From Raillietiella orientalis (taxonomy: Eukaryota): DNA of 64,000 bases. This document shows, in pieces, positions 13,131 through 25,559 of this stretch (position 1 is its first letter; each line of letters starts with the position of its first letter). A program made the position numbers and the translations under genes. The DNA is taken from positions 1,860,001-1,924,000 of the forward strand of contig JAYWIR010000040.1 in assembly GCA_036172245.1 (NCBI GenBank). The letters run 5' to 3'. Below the pieces are notes generated by a model. It saw only the letters and a program-made list of their open reading frames with translations, did no database searches and was not told the origin of the DNA.

Positions 13131-16083
13131 TTTGAACACATGTTTCTAATTTTTAACGAATTTTTTGTAAATTTGAAGTCATAATACTACTTCAAATGAC
13201 ACTTTTCTCTAAAATTTACTAGACCCTTGCTTCAAGTAATACGAGGAGGGTCTTGGTGCCCCCACAGAGTTGCTTTGTTATCAGTCTCATCTCCAGAAGA
13301 AAAGAGTTTGCCATCAGTCTGAAACATGAGTTTCAAGAGTCTTCGTAACGGGAGAGAGAATATGTAATCAATTTATTCTTAAAAAGCTAGAATATGGAGT
13401 TGTCACTTTTCCTGTTAATCTATAGTCTTTTCCTCCAAGAACTCTTCGCACTTGAAATTTGCTGTTTTTTTTTTATGTGTTCCAGTGTTTCAGCAGATTG
13501 CTAGTGAATACCTTTGGCTTCCTCGTTCTCTTGTTTTGAAGCATTAGTCTAGATAAAATTGCAGTAATTGGAGTTTACTAAATATTTCAATGTCACACTT
13601 TGAAGAAAAAACAGCAATAGAAGTTTCAGTAAAAGATGTGATGCAGCAGTTTTAGATGGTCGACTCCACAGTTAATAGGTGACGTGAAAGTGCTATGTTA
13701 TGCTATGTTTACTGGTACTTCAATATTTGACGATTTAAATATTGAAAGCACTTAATGATATACAATAATCTGAGGTCAAAGAAAGTTCGGCATCCTTTAT
13801 TCTCTGATTAAGAACTTATTTAATGAAACTGAATTTCAAAGTATTTAAGGATCATACATTATATTCACGTATTACATAAACCCGTACGTACATATATGTG
13901 TTTGTGTGTGTATATGTATTAGGTTTTCTCTAATGTCACTCTTTCTACTAGACTATTACTAAACTATTGTAATCTGTCACTACATTAGGAAAATTATCAA
14001 ACAGTCACGTCTTTTCTCTCCTAGGAATTTCATGCCATTTAGTACAAAGTAACAAAATATTTGCATCGTGTAACGTGATAGGGCAAGTATTTCATTTAGG
14101 AAACCATTGTGAAAACATTTCACCGTTATCTGACGCTTTGTCTTTTTCAAAAATGTCGGGTGCTCAGGCACTAGACAAAAACTTTGCACATTTGATTGAA
14201 CAATTATGAGTAAAATACACAAAATACGGATGATTAGGAAAAAATATATAAGGAATGTATGCTTTAACAGGGTTTTGGAAGTTCCAAAACGATGAGTAAG
14301 TTATAATAACGAGTCAAGGAAACATGCACAAGTAATGTCTTGTGCATCTTATATTGATTTTCGTACAGAAACCACGGTAGTCTGGCTCCGAATCACTGTT
14401 AAAGGCAGTCACTTAGCAGCCTGTGATTCCTACAAAACATCTCAAGCTGATTTTGCTGTGAACAGTACATTTCCTTAAATCCTGTAAAGCCAATCCTGTG
14501 GTGATGTGTTTGAGTGTTGCATCCCGAGTTTTGAAAGATATGAATTTAGAAAAATTCTCAAGCGCAGTATTGGCATATTTGCATATGACAAGAGACATAG
14601 AACACAGTGTCTAATTCCATTAGAACTATATTTTCCATAAATTTAATAACAGCCTACTTATAGAAGCCAAAAAATTCTCATAATGTAACCAACAATTTTA
14701 ACAGTTATGAAGGTATATAGAAGTCCAGAATGCTAATGTATAAGGAAAACAAACAAACAAGCACCCTTGTGCTACCTAATACTCGTTCTACTATAGATTG
14801 AATATTAATGTTGGTGTTCTGTGAACAGTATTATACCCAAAGTCTGTATGCAAATTTTCCCAGTTAGCGAATATCAATGTTTGAATGACATGGAAAAAAG
14901 AGTTCATACAAAAACATTCTTCAAATGGATTGCAATTCGGTGTTATTCAGAATTCCTCTCAATTTGAATATCGAGCTTTTTTTAACACATAAGCTTGGGT
15001 ACAAATCCAGGTACCGACATCTGGTGTATGCTGCTTTTTACGAAGAATGTCATCTGAACGGACTTTTTATTCTTTGGTTTCTATTCAGGATCATTGTACC
15101 ACCTTTCCAGTCTGAAAAGTTGAAAATTCAGCTCTCAATTCTCTTCGATATAGGTACATGTAATAAGGCTAATCGTTTCATTCAACCATCTAGAATATCG
15201 AGACTTCCATATCAAAGTTTGGATTGTTTTGTTTTTTTTCTCCATATCTCAAATCAAAATCATCGACGAAATGGTATTGCAAGCCTGAATCTGTGTTGTG
15301 AAAAACCTTTCCTGCGAAACTGGTAACATGTGCTTGTGTATGGATATTGGTACAGTGTGAACGACAGTACGCTCCAAATCTGTTTCTGGATTAACGAGTT
15401 TGCTGTTTATTTTTTCCTCGACAATAGCCGTAAGGGTTTTGGCACATAATTTTTGCCTCTGACTGTCAATACTGAAATTAAGAAAAAACAAAATCTTCTT
15501 GGATGCTTTTATGTTATATGCATATTTGTATGGGTGAATGAGCCCTGATCCGATAACGTTCCCATTTTATACTCCGCTTTGGTGATTGGTAGAGTAAATT
15601 AGAAGTCAAAATGTTTTCACTCGCTGTTCACGTAGCTCATGTGAATGTTGAATGGTATCATGTTATTCAAATGTGAAGCAGTACAATGCAACTATTTGCC
15701 ACAAGTGACGTTTCTTTCAGTGCTCCATGCTCCAGTTGGTAAAAAAACTGAATCTAAGAAGAGGATTCCAGATGTGCAAATTATGGTATTATAATAGCTG
15801 TGAAGTATTTATTAAAAGTCTTAAGTAGGTTGCCAAGTTCGGCAGCATATGGAGCATCTGCTGTGCTGTTCTTTGTTCATGTGACAAGTCTGGAAAACTT
15901 AATTTTTCAAAATGTGCCTAAAATTAGGCGATCGTAAGTGTTTCCTATGTATGGTTTTCATGCTTTTGGTTTTCCCCTTTTCAGATCATCATCGTAAGAT
16001 GTACATTAAAAAATCAGTCTAGAAATACATTATATTGTTACATATTTTGGAATTCTAAATTATTTTCTTGCAATTTGTTAAAT

Positions 16084-16242
16084 TCAATCTTTGATCAAGT
16101 TCTGGATTTCGGTTTTTGCATTTCTTAATAATCTATACGTTTGGAATTCTTTGCCACCAATACAAAGTATATAAATACTAAATGCTGCTAGGCCAATGCC
16201 AGAAATCTTAAGGACTTTTTTCAGTTCCACTTTGGGTTTCAT
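16084..16242 (-). CDS. 52-aa single-TM microprotein, tentatively SMIM11/FAM165-like; overlaps the PIGBOS1-like ORF by 35 nt
   Basis: MKPKVELKKVLKISGIGLAAFSIYILCIGGKEFQTYRLLRNAKTEIQNLIKD*: basic N-terminus, one hydrophobic helix, charged helical tail. KVL..LAA..ILC..G.K.FQ..RL resembles SMIM11 as recalled. Confidence 0.55.
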   Translation of the reverse strand: MKPKVELKKVLKISGIGLAAFSIYILCIGGKEFQTYRLLRNAKTEIQNLIKD

Positions 16243-16369
16243 TTGGAAAATCCAGGGTGTATTTTGTTGAATAGAATTCTCTCAGTAAAGGTATTGTGAT
16301 ATAGTATCCAGTAATGACTCCAGCGATGACAGCAATGTACAAATCAGTTTTTCTCAATCTGTGAAACAT
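16208..16369 (-). CDS. 53-aa single-TM microprotein, PIGBOS1-like
   Basis: MFHRLRKTDLYIAVIAGVITGYYITIPLLREFYSTKYTLDFPNETQSGTEKSP*. Length and pattern match human PIGBOS1 as recalled (MFRRL..Q.L.A.V.G..GG.YI..P). A strong tttcag acceptor lies at 16415-16420. Below the 60-aa ORF-track cutoff. Confidence 0.7.
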   Translation of the reverse strand: MFHRLRKTDLYIAVIAGVITGYYITIPLLREFYSTKYTLDFPNETQSGTEKSP

Positions 16370-19300
16370 CAGCTACTGCAGCAAGTGGACTAAAATAAGG
16401 CATCTAGTCGCTAACTGAAAGGAAAATTAATGAAAACTTTCAGGTGGTTTCATTTCATTTAATACAAGACTTTTTTGTCTTACTTTTTGCACAGATACAT
16501 GCCTATGCAAATAATTCATTTCCTTGAGGATATTTGTTGCCCACATTTAACAAATGGTGAAAAAACAACTATTCTATCAGAACCAAAGGAAAACAGTACA
16601 AAGTACACACTTGAAACAATAGGGCATCAATTGCAAACTATGCACAAGAGGATACCATTTGCAATTTCTTGCCTGACTCGAACTGTAATCAATTAAAAGA
16701 CTGATATGTCAAATGTGACGACAATCATGTAATCCTACGTCGCTTACACAACTGTAAAAAATTTTTTTAAAATTCTCACAGCTTACTCTTCAATGGACTT
16801 CGCTAAGGAGATCTATTGTCGAATGTACAATAATCCCACCAGAAAAATCTCAGCCGATTCCAGTCACGAAAAAAACCTCATCAGACATAAGGAACGATTG
16901 CTAAACGGGTAGCCGAAACGAACATTTTTGCAAAGGCACGTTTTCCTGGCAAGAAGTTTCATGAATCGTTTAGCAAGCAGTGCTACCAATTCTTCATGAA
17001 TTTATAAATAAAGTAATAATGACACAAATATGATGATAATTTTAAATCAAAGAAGCAGTTGACAAATGAACTGAGACAGCTCAGGAAAATTGATGCATTG
17101 TTATCATTAATTAAGACGCAAAAATGAATTGCATCTGAAGATTCCTCGCATACTTTGAATTAGGTTTCAGCGCATGGAATTAACGTGGAAATTCGGTACA
17201 ACCGCTGGTACACAAGAAAGTGTTAGAATTACGTGGTCTCTTGTTACATGCAGTGATGCACTTAATAGATGGGGGTAAATCAAGGAAATTTGATTTGAAA
17301 GACGATTAATTGGGAATTCACATTTTAAAAAGTAAATTTTCCGTATAGTTATCTGGAAAATTTTGATTGTAGAGAATTTCTCCAAATGTAACTGTAATAA
17401 ATAATTATTGTATTGTATTACGAGCATGCTTTCAGCACTTGAATCATTTAGTCGATTTTGGATTTCAAGCTCTGAGTTACTTTTTTCTGCTAATAAATGA
17501 TGAAGTCTCAGTACTAACTTCCACGAAGTTCAAATTTAATCCGTGATGATTAAAAAAAAATTTGTTCCATAGTTCTAGTCATTGTGACTTAGAGCATTAC
17601 ATCCACAAAAAGTGAAAATTTTGTAGAAGCAATCAACCTACGTATGTTACACATGCTATATTAGGTTGTTACCTCCAAGTTAGTTTTCTAACCTGTTCGC
17701 TAGAGATTGTTGGGAGGCGGATGCTTTTAAGATAAGCCATGACAAATTTCCGGATTTATTTATCATATTTTTTAGATTCTAAAAGGTTCCTGTGAAAATA
17801 ATTCTCTCAAAGAAGCGGAAAACGATTTAAATCAATAAATAGTTTATCTCTGGAATGATGATTTCTATATCCGAAATGGAAGAACTAAAGAGGAATAGCA
17901 GTGCAGTTGAGATGGAAGCATGAACAGCGACAACACTTAATTTTGCGGACGAATATTGTTTTCGGTAAAAGTGTTGCGAGGTGTGCACTCTTGTGCACTG
18001 CTGTCATGCTCCTGTGTTGGGAGACTGCATGCACTGTGTAGTGCAGCGTTTCCCAAACTATGTTCCGCGAAAAGTCGATAAGTGTTCCGTGAAAAATTAT
18101 GGACATTAATATATTTTAAATGCTGCGCCCAGTTGAAATATGTTTGAAACTCAGGCACCCCTCACTTTGTATATCAGCTTTTTACTATTGTGCCTGATAT
18201 CAAAAGAATCTGTGATTCAAAGACCTCAAAACATCGAAGTCATTACACACGTAATTTGACTATATATACGCTAGTTTATTTTACTATTTTCATGTGTTTT
18301 GCTTTGCATAATTCAAATTTGAGAATAAACGTCTGTTTTGTTTTCTGAACTCTTGTATTTACTTGCTTAATTAATTTATTATTAATGTCAACCTACCCTA
18401 TAAAATAACCAAGGTATTTCGTTAGCATTTCAGGATTCGTGAAGTGTTCCGTCATGGGAAAAGTTTTAAGAGAAGCTGGTGTAGTGTATACATTGAATGG
18501 AGTATTGAATTTGGCTCTAGTAATCAGCTGTTTGGCTGGAAACGCAGAGCGGCTGTGGAAGAGAGAATTTTCCAAGTGGCCCACAAGTTAAGAACGTGCC
18601 ACCACGAGGTTCTTTGGCATTCTGGAGGCTTCAATCCCTCAAGTCAAGGATCATCTACTATTCTCAACCACTCTCGGAATGATCCAGCCCCGCACCCTCC
18701 CGCAACTCCTTGGACTCAGGACTGGAGGCGTATCCCATTTCCAAATAGGCAAACCAGTAGTCTTGTGTGCAAAGATAATTTACTTTATCTTTTTATGTGT
18801 AGTTGCACATGCCAGTTCATCGTATGTACCGTCTGCGTCTCTCGCGTGCTTCCCATCTTGCGGGCATCATCAGTGAGGTCCCATTGCAAGTAGATTCCTC
18901 GATGAATCAGTGAATGACTGCAACTCATGAGCAAGCGGTGATGGATGTTAGGTATTATGATCTCTCTCAGCAACGTTGGCAGCTTTTTCTTCACGTGCCT
19001 CCCGTTTCCTGTAAAATGTTCTCATCAGCTTAATTTCTGCGGGGACCTGAGTAAAATCCGAGCGGGCCTGGTGGCTCTCGTCTCGGTTACCACTGTGAAC
19101 CCTTACCTCAGCTCACCTCCTTAGGTTGGTTTAAAGTGCTCGCCTTGGTTGTGCTTATGACCCACAATCAGCCAGCGAACAGATAAAGAAGTTTCGAGTG
19201 CCTTCTTCATTCAGTCTTAGCCCTTTGTATCCTAAGTCGCGTCGTTAGGGATCGTAGCGCGTGTAAGACTATGGAGGGTCAGCCTCAATGATGGACTCTG

Positions 19301-20257
19301 GGCATAGTCCTCAGGCACAGCTCTGCTTGGCAAAATTTCGATCCTGAAAAGTTTTTCGAAGAACTTCTTCCGTGTCTTCCCCATCACATTCATTTAATCT
19401 TTCCATGTGCAAATAAAGTTATACTTTTCAGGACGATGTCCCTCCTATCCATCCAGAACAACGAGAGGCGGAAGTGGAAGGGAAGGAAGTATTCCTTGCC
19501 ATTCTTTGATCCTGACAGTATGGCTAATTTTGGGACTGCACAGGCCCCACGATATCGCCTGCTTCTGCTCACCCTATTTCCTGGCCGCTGTCCGACTCGC
19601 CTTTGCTTCACTACAGACATGCCGGTGGAAGGAAAGACTCCGTTGCCAGCAGACTACCTGATCTCCCAGTTTCCTGTTTCGCCTTTGCACACGACTGCTA
19701 CTCTCCGATGAAATGTGCTGCCTCAAGGGATCCACGTGGACGAAGAGAGTCTCGCTGCACCAGGATTCTGCACCTAAAGGTGCATTCTACTCCAAGGACT
19801 GGTGACGGCATCCTACGCATAGGTGCGGTGCAGGGGAATGAAAAATAGCCAGAAGTTTACGTGGTGACCACACAAAAGTTCCTGACACGGAGAGAGGTCG
19901 CGACCTTCATCAGCTAGTGGTGAAAATGGACCGCAAAACACAAGTGGCGGCTCGTCAAGTAGGTCTACAGAAGGGCGAGATGTCCTACTGAGCAAGCGGA
20001 GTGCGTATTTCCCCACCGCCGCCAACGCAAGCTGAAGCAAAAGGGTGGTGAGGTTTGAACCCGCACCCACGATTTCCGCGTCGCGTGCACGACCCAAACC
20101 ACCACCGTCAATGTGTACTTGCAACTAGCGTGCGCGCCCCCTTATATGGCTCGCGCAACGCTCTTTCCGCACTGCGAACGGGGCGCGTGAGTCTTTCGAC
20201 CAAAGGAACAACAAGGTGACTCATTCATCGCCTCCGGCCGGAACCCCATCGGGGAGA

Positions 20258-20980
20258 GTTCTGCCAGGTCGAACCGCAACGAAAAGAACGGCGGCCAACC
20301 GCCTCACATGCAAAAATCCGTTCCGCTACCTGCAGTCCATGTGCTGTCGAATAGGAAGCAGACATGCCGAGCTCATCTGCAGAAGTAGGGAGAGGAGCAT
20401 TTTCATGGGAGGATTCGATGGAGCAGGCAAAACTACCATTTCGCATAGGTTTTGAGTCATATCTACAATCGAAGTGTGCGAATTGACACGACTGGAAGAC
20501 TTTCACTGGCACGTGTGTTCACGTTGACAGCTGACCTGTCACGTGGGATTGCACAACTGTGAATTGGCTCGTCAATGCTTCCGGATGCAATTTGCATGAA
20601 TTGTAGCTGCCGTTCCGACTACACGCTTAAATGTTGAGCAAGTTTTTGAAAAAACGGAATTCGAAGAATGGGGAACATGAAGAGATCACGTATTGATGGA
20701 TCGATGCTGAGGTAGAATATTGAAGGAGATAGAAACATTCAGCTGGAGCGGAAAGTGCTTTTTTTTTTTTCGGGGTTACACAAGGGAAGGAGGGAGGTAG
20801 TCATGGAAATCTTCAAATTCATGCAGGAAAGCAAAGGACTGAAATTCGGATGATGTTGCAAAGGACTGAAATTTTTTTTGCCCCCTTTTTCTGCATGTGC
20901 TCACGTACATTCGAATCCCACCAGGGAAGAATTCGACCCCCAGAAATGGGTGCTTCGTGGGTTTCGAGTCTCCCCCTCAG
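20258..20980 (+). pseudogene. Unprocessed, internally deleted ARL1 pseudogene (DNA-level duplicate of about 3814-4258 plus 4869-5360)
   Basis: Aligns by eye to intron 1, exon 2 ([14 protein letters not shown]), intron 2 and part of exon 3 (..aatgttgagcaagtttt). It then jumps to ARL1 3' flank sequence (atgctgaggtagaatatt..aacattcagctggagc). Splice sites and reading frame are destroyed. Confidence 0.92.
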
Positions 20981-23319
20981 GATGACTCTGGTTTGCTTAT
21001 TAGGTTGCGGCACGGTTTACAGCCGGAACTTTGATGACTGGCTCGGTTCGGAACTTGGCCCTCCGGGTTCTTTCCAGGAACCAAGGAACTGGTCCCCATC
21101 GGAATTCCACTCTGGTTGTGAAAATGGAGCCTTGCCCCTGCTCGAGGGGAGCCTTTATATTGTGCAATGGAGTTGGCTCTCGACCTTCTTCGGTGGTTTG
21201 TTTCCAGAGTGTAAGAAGAGCGCTGCTTCCTTTAGGAAGCCTTTTTCAGAGGAACGTGGAGGCGTCCTTTCGGTTCTCTCTACGGTGGAGTAACAAGGAG
21301 CGCATCTTTTCCGTGGGGCTCCTTCGGATAAAAAAAAATCATCCTCTCGAGGTTCGCTTCGGAGAAGAAACGAGGAGCTGTTCCCCTTTGGGGGTCACAC
21401 AGGCAGACCTTATTTCATACGTCAGCACTTTGGTGGGAATGTCCAGGCAAAGGAGCGTGGCTGGGGAGCAAACGGAACCTTCTCGGGTCAGGCGAACGCC
21501 GAGTGACATCAACCATCCGCGATACGTGGGAGCTGCCGCAGTGCTGAGAAGGGGAGAAAGGGGGATCTGCGTCGAGGATGTAATCCTCACTGCGGGAAGT
21601 TGCTTGGCGCGTGTGGACTGCAGCATTCGTCCCCGTCCGTTTTCCTGCTAGGGCGCCTTCTGATCTCCGGCGTTATGGAGCCTTCTTCTCGTGGCGCCAT
21701 CTCGTAACAGGGAATGGTAGCTACTCAGGCATTTGGCTTTTTTCCGCAGGGAGCCTCGAAAACGGGAAACACATGCTGAAAGTCGACGCGTTGCTGCTGC
21801 GTGTTTGTTCTGCAAAGGTCCCTTCCGTTGCTGGGAAGGAATTGAGACGGCTAAAAGTCCCTATAACAGGAGACAACGAATTCAACCAAAAAAAAAAAAG
21901 TCTCGAATTTGCACGCTGGTTGCTGGTATGTTGCAAAGTCAAAATCGCCTAACCTTAATCTTTTGTTTAATGGAAGGAAGATGAGACAGGTGAAACATTA
22001 TGCGGAGTCAGTTGCATGGCATCCGAGTTTCCACGCATGAAGAAATTTCACGCGATGGTTCATTCAAGTGGACGAGACGCTCGCGGTGGGAAGCCTCGTT
22101 TTCGGGGTGCGCCGTGTTTCTGAGAAGGGAGCTCAAGGACTTGCCATGCGTGGGTCGGCACTAGGGAGCGGAGGAAGTGGAGGAAGGTGTCGAATCACGC
22201 CGTACTTCCTAAGGATGCTTCTGGATCCAAGGTTTGGTATGGACAGCCAGACTTTCCAGGTAGTGGCTGGTGACTGATCAGCATGCCCCCGCGGAAGTCA
22301 CAACCAAATTCGAACGGGTTGCAACCTCCGCGGAAACGATCCGTCCGATTTGTCCTCAGAAGGCTTTGGTTGGCCCAACTGTTCAACCAAAGCAACAGAT
22401 GTTCTTGGAACAGATGATTGCAACATATGTTCTTGCACATGGAAGAATCACACCTGACTCAGAGCTTCCGGCTTCGGAGCAGAGCCTGACCCTGCATTCA
22501 GAATTCCTCAGAGCTGCTTCTCGAGACGTGTCAGTACTGCTTCTGCATGCGAAAAGATCAATGCTCCTGACGTAACTTAACGAATTCCATCGACAGATCA
22601 ACTATTCTTCCGTGGAGGAGGATGCGAACCGAATTTCCGATCTTCGTGAGTGCCACAGCAGCATCGCCGAAAAGACAAAAAACCCAGGTCCAAGGTCACC
22701 AGGGAAGAGGATAAGGATTAGTTCCAAGTTCCTTTGTGCAGTCCTGAGACGCTCACTTGACAACAGAGTCCGAGAACACTTGGGAAGTCAGGAAGCATCG
22801 TCCGACCGGCGTTGCTAAGAAACGAGCATGGCAGTCCTCTAACGTTAGGGAAGAGGGTGCTCTCGTCGAGTCGAGGAGAACTGTTGGCTAACCAGGCTGC
22901 ATTCATGGGGTGATTTCTTCGGGGTCACTGTTCAACTTGAAGATTTACACGCACCCTCGGATGACGTGAACGGTGTGAAAGAGTGATCCGCCTCTACTCT
23001 AGAAGCAGGTTACTTCTCTCTACATACAAAGCAGCCCCATCACCGCTAGTCACGCCTGCGTCGGAGGCCACGTGGTTGCTGTCTCCATGCATGGCATCAG
23101 GCGTCGCGGGTTCGAATCCCCTCGGTAAGGATCGACGCCAAGAGTTTGTGCACGTCGTGGGTTAGAGTTCCTCCTGCAAGATGATGCTGGTTGCCCTGCA
23201 TTCGGGTGCGGCGCCGATAGGGGTTCAAACCGGGAAGCTTCCGATGAGTGGCCGGGACTGGGAATCGACCTCCGGGCCCTTTCAGGAATCAAGGAATGGG
23301 AGTTTCTCCCATCAAAGGA

Positions 23320-23700
23320 GCGGAACCCCTTCGGGGGGACCCGCTGTGGAGTAGGTGTGTCGCCACCTCTCAGAGTTCAGAGAAGAGTGCCGCACCCTTC
23401 GGGGAGCGCCCTTCTGAGAAGATTCGGGAGTTCGAGGTTCCCTTCAGAGGAGTAAACAGGAGCCGTTCCCTTGCGGGTGGTCCCCCTGGAGAAGAAATTC
23501 CTACTTGCGGACCCATTCCCGGGGTCCCTCCGGAGAGAGTAAGGAAGGATTCTCTTTGGAGGATTCTGAAGGATTCTTCAGGGTTCTCTTTGGAGGCAGC
23601 CAGGGTGGAAGTGTTCCCTTCGGGGATCGTCCTCCAGGTGTGAGAGGAACGGACTCTGAGCCCTTCATGGATATCATAGGGACGTCCTCTCCCGGAGTAC
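23320..23700 (-). repeat. Degenerate minisatellite-like array (core about TTCTCCGAAGGGAAC on the minus strand), related to 56020-56260
   Basis: Recurring plus-strand cccttcgggg / gttcccttc..gagaag units at roughly 40-bp spacing; the reverse complement resembles the 56-kb array. Confidence 0.5.
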
Positions 23701-24749
23701 CACCTATCTTGAAGAATTCCAAGCACCCTCGGGTGGCGTGGAACAATGTCGAAGAGCTGCGTAGGCTGCCAGGCGCGCGGCGGTTCTTGAGGTGCTCAGC
23801 AAACCAAAAAATAAAAGCTGAAAGGAAATAACAGGGAAGACAGAAACGAACCCCAAAAGTACTCCCATAATCCTAGGGTGCCTGCAAAGTCTCTGCAGAT
23901 CCGAGGATGGGGAAACATCCCCGTCGAAAGGGCCACCTGATTTCCATCCCTACGGACGACCATCTTTTCCCTCTGCAGCCCAGCGTGGAAGCGCACCAAA
24001 CCCCCCCTTCCTCCGTCGTTGCAAGAAACGGGGCAAGTATAGAGGAATTCTCTGTGGCACTCCTGGAAAAAGAGAGACATGAGGTCAAAGAGGGCGTGTG
24101 CTGCGGAATGGGACGTTTTTGAGGAGCTCAGGGTGAGGAGCTCCGGTGGGGATGAAAGAGAGGAGGGGAAGAGAGACAGGGGAAGAAGGCAGTTCCAAGC
24201 CGGCCCTGACTGCCAAACGGAAGTGGTCAACAGCGCTCTCCAAGGCCACTTCCGTTCTTGAGGGAGCCGGAGTTAAAGTTGCATGTGGAGTCCCCAGCAG
24301 TCAAGACAAGGACCAGAGAACAAGATGGAAAGGGAAAGAGGATGAGGATGGAAGGGATCGGACTGGGAGAGGCGGCAGCAAGAAAAAAGGGAGCGACATG
24401 ATAAAAGGAGCGTTCTCTCGACGTGATGCTGCCGGTATCGCCCTAGGCTCTTCGCTGCTGCGAGTCGCGATAGTGGCCCAGCAATCCAGAAAGGAAATCA
24501 ACTCGCAGAGCAAGGGCGAGAGCACAGGAAGAGATCGAGTGGGCGGATGGTGTCGCTCGCCGGATGGTCACAACAGCGAGGGTAAGGCTCAAAAGTTGGA
24601 ACCGGCCGCTACTGGAGAGGCGTCTAGCAAGGAATGAGGGAAGGTTATCAAATGATGCAAAACAGTGTACACCACAATACAATCACTGAAAAATGGTCCA
24701 GGGGACGTGAGGGGAGGAGGAGGGAAAACAGTAAAGAGCTGGTGTGGTA

Positions 24750-25300
24750 ATAGGATGGACTGTAAGTTCAGTTTCGGGACTTCCGAAAATACGCATCGAG
24801 GGTAGGGGTAGAGTGGGCCAGCGGCGGAAGATGGACTTAGTCTCCCTTCTCCGGTGCTCCTGGGCTTCAAGAAGTCGAGCCTCGCTTTGCTGTCTCCTCC
24901 ATCGAGAAGATGGCGGGTATTGCCCTTCTCTGCGGTGGACGCTACCACAATCTCTGCTTTCACGTTCGTGCTCCATCTTCCGCTCCCTGCTTTTTGTTTG
25001 TCCTCTGCCGAGACGTATGACCAAGCAGACTAGGATCTCCTAAGTATCGTCCTGTGGGGCACAGGGAGGTCTCGAGTACGCCCGAAGGGCTTGTGCGCTC
25101 CGCGTCGTGACGCAGGCCTTAGTCTCCTGACTCTGGAGAGCCTGGAGCTTCAGCTCCAGTGGAGGACGCTTGCCCCAGTGGCGAAGCTTTGGATCTTGAA
25201 CTGGTGCGAGCCCACGCGACACCTGGTCAAGCAAGCCACCGGCTACGCGGGACTGTCTTCGTTCCTGGCGCGGCAGCGCAGATGCAACGTGCCCAGCTAA
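24750..25300 (+). mobile_element. Possible non-LTR retrotransposon C-terminal remnant (R1/LOA/I-like)
   Basis: RHLVKQATGYAGLSSFLAR resembles the LTQLLTGHG..xxYLxR motif that precedes the LINE C-terminal zinc knuckle; very degenerate. Confidence 0.3.
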
Positions 25301-25559
25301 GGATTGGAGCTTCGGTGAATGGCCAAGCTGACCAACAACTGGGTCTTCTGACGGCCCGTGAGCGGCAGTACCTGGTTGCAGGAAATCATTCGCACATGGG
25401 CCGAGAACAACGAAGCAAGCCTGGAGATGCGGCAGCGACTGCTGCACTCCTTCTACAACAACGCTCGCTGCAGGACATCATCGTTCAGCCTACCACGTGT
25501 GTGGAGGGGCAAAGAACCTCCCTAACCGCGGTACTTCCCTCCCTCAGGGATCACCTGGA

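Noticed and set aside
10200..15500. Stop-codon reassignment or RNA editing, suggested by protein-like frames interrupted by TGA/TAA/TAG
   Set aside because: ARL1, both microproteins and both ICK genes have no internal stops and end in standard TGA/TAA/TAG. Tiny introns, wrong frame or decay explain the interruptions more simply.
19060..20150. Possible LTR signals: TGG..CCA primer-binding-like 24-mer at about 19070-19093 and a TATAAG box at about 20141-20146 (minus)
   Set aside because: No paired LTRs, tRNA match or gag/pol motifs could be identified nearby.
21000..22700. Extension of the ARL1-region duplication to cover 5.4-8.3 kb
   Set aside because: Only isolated matches of about 10 nt (e.g. 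gatcaactat), with no continuous alignment visible by eye.
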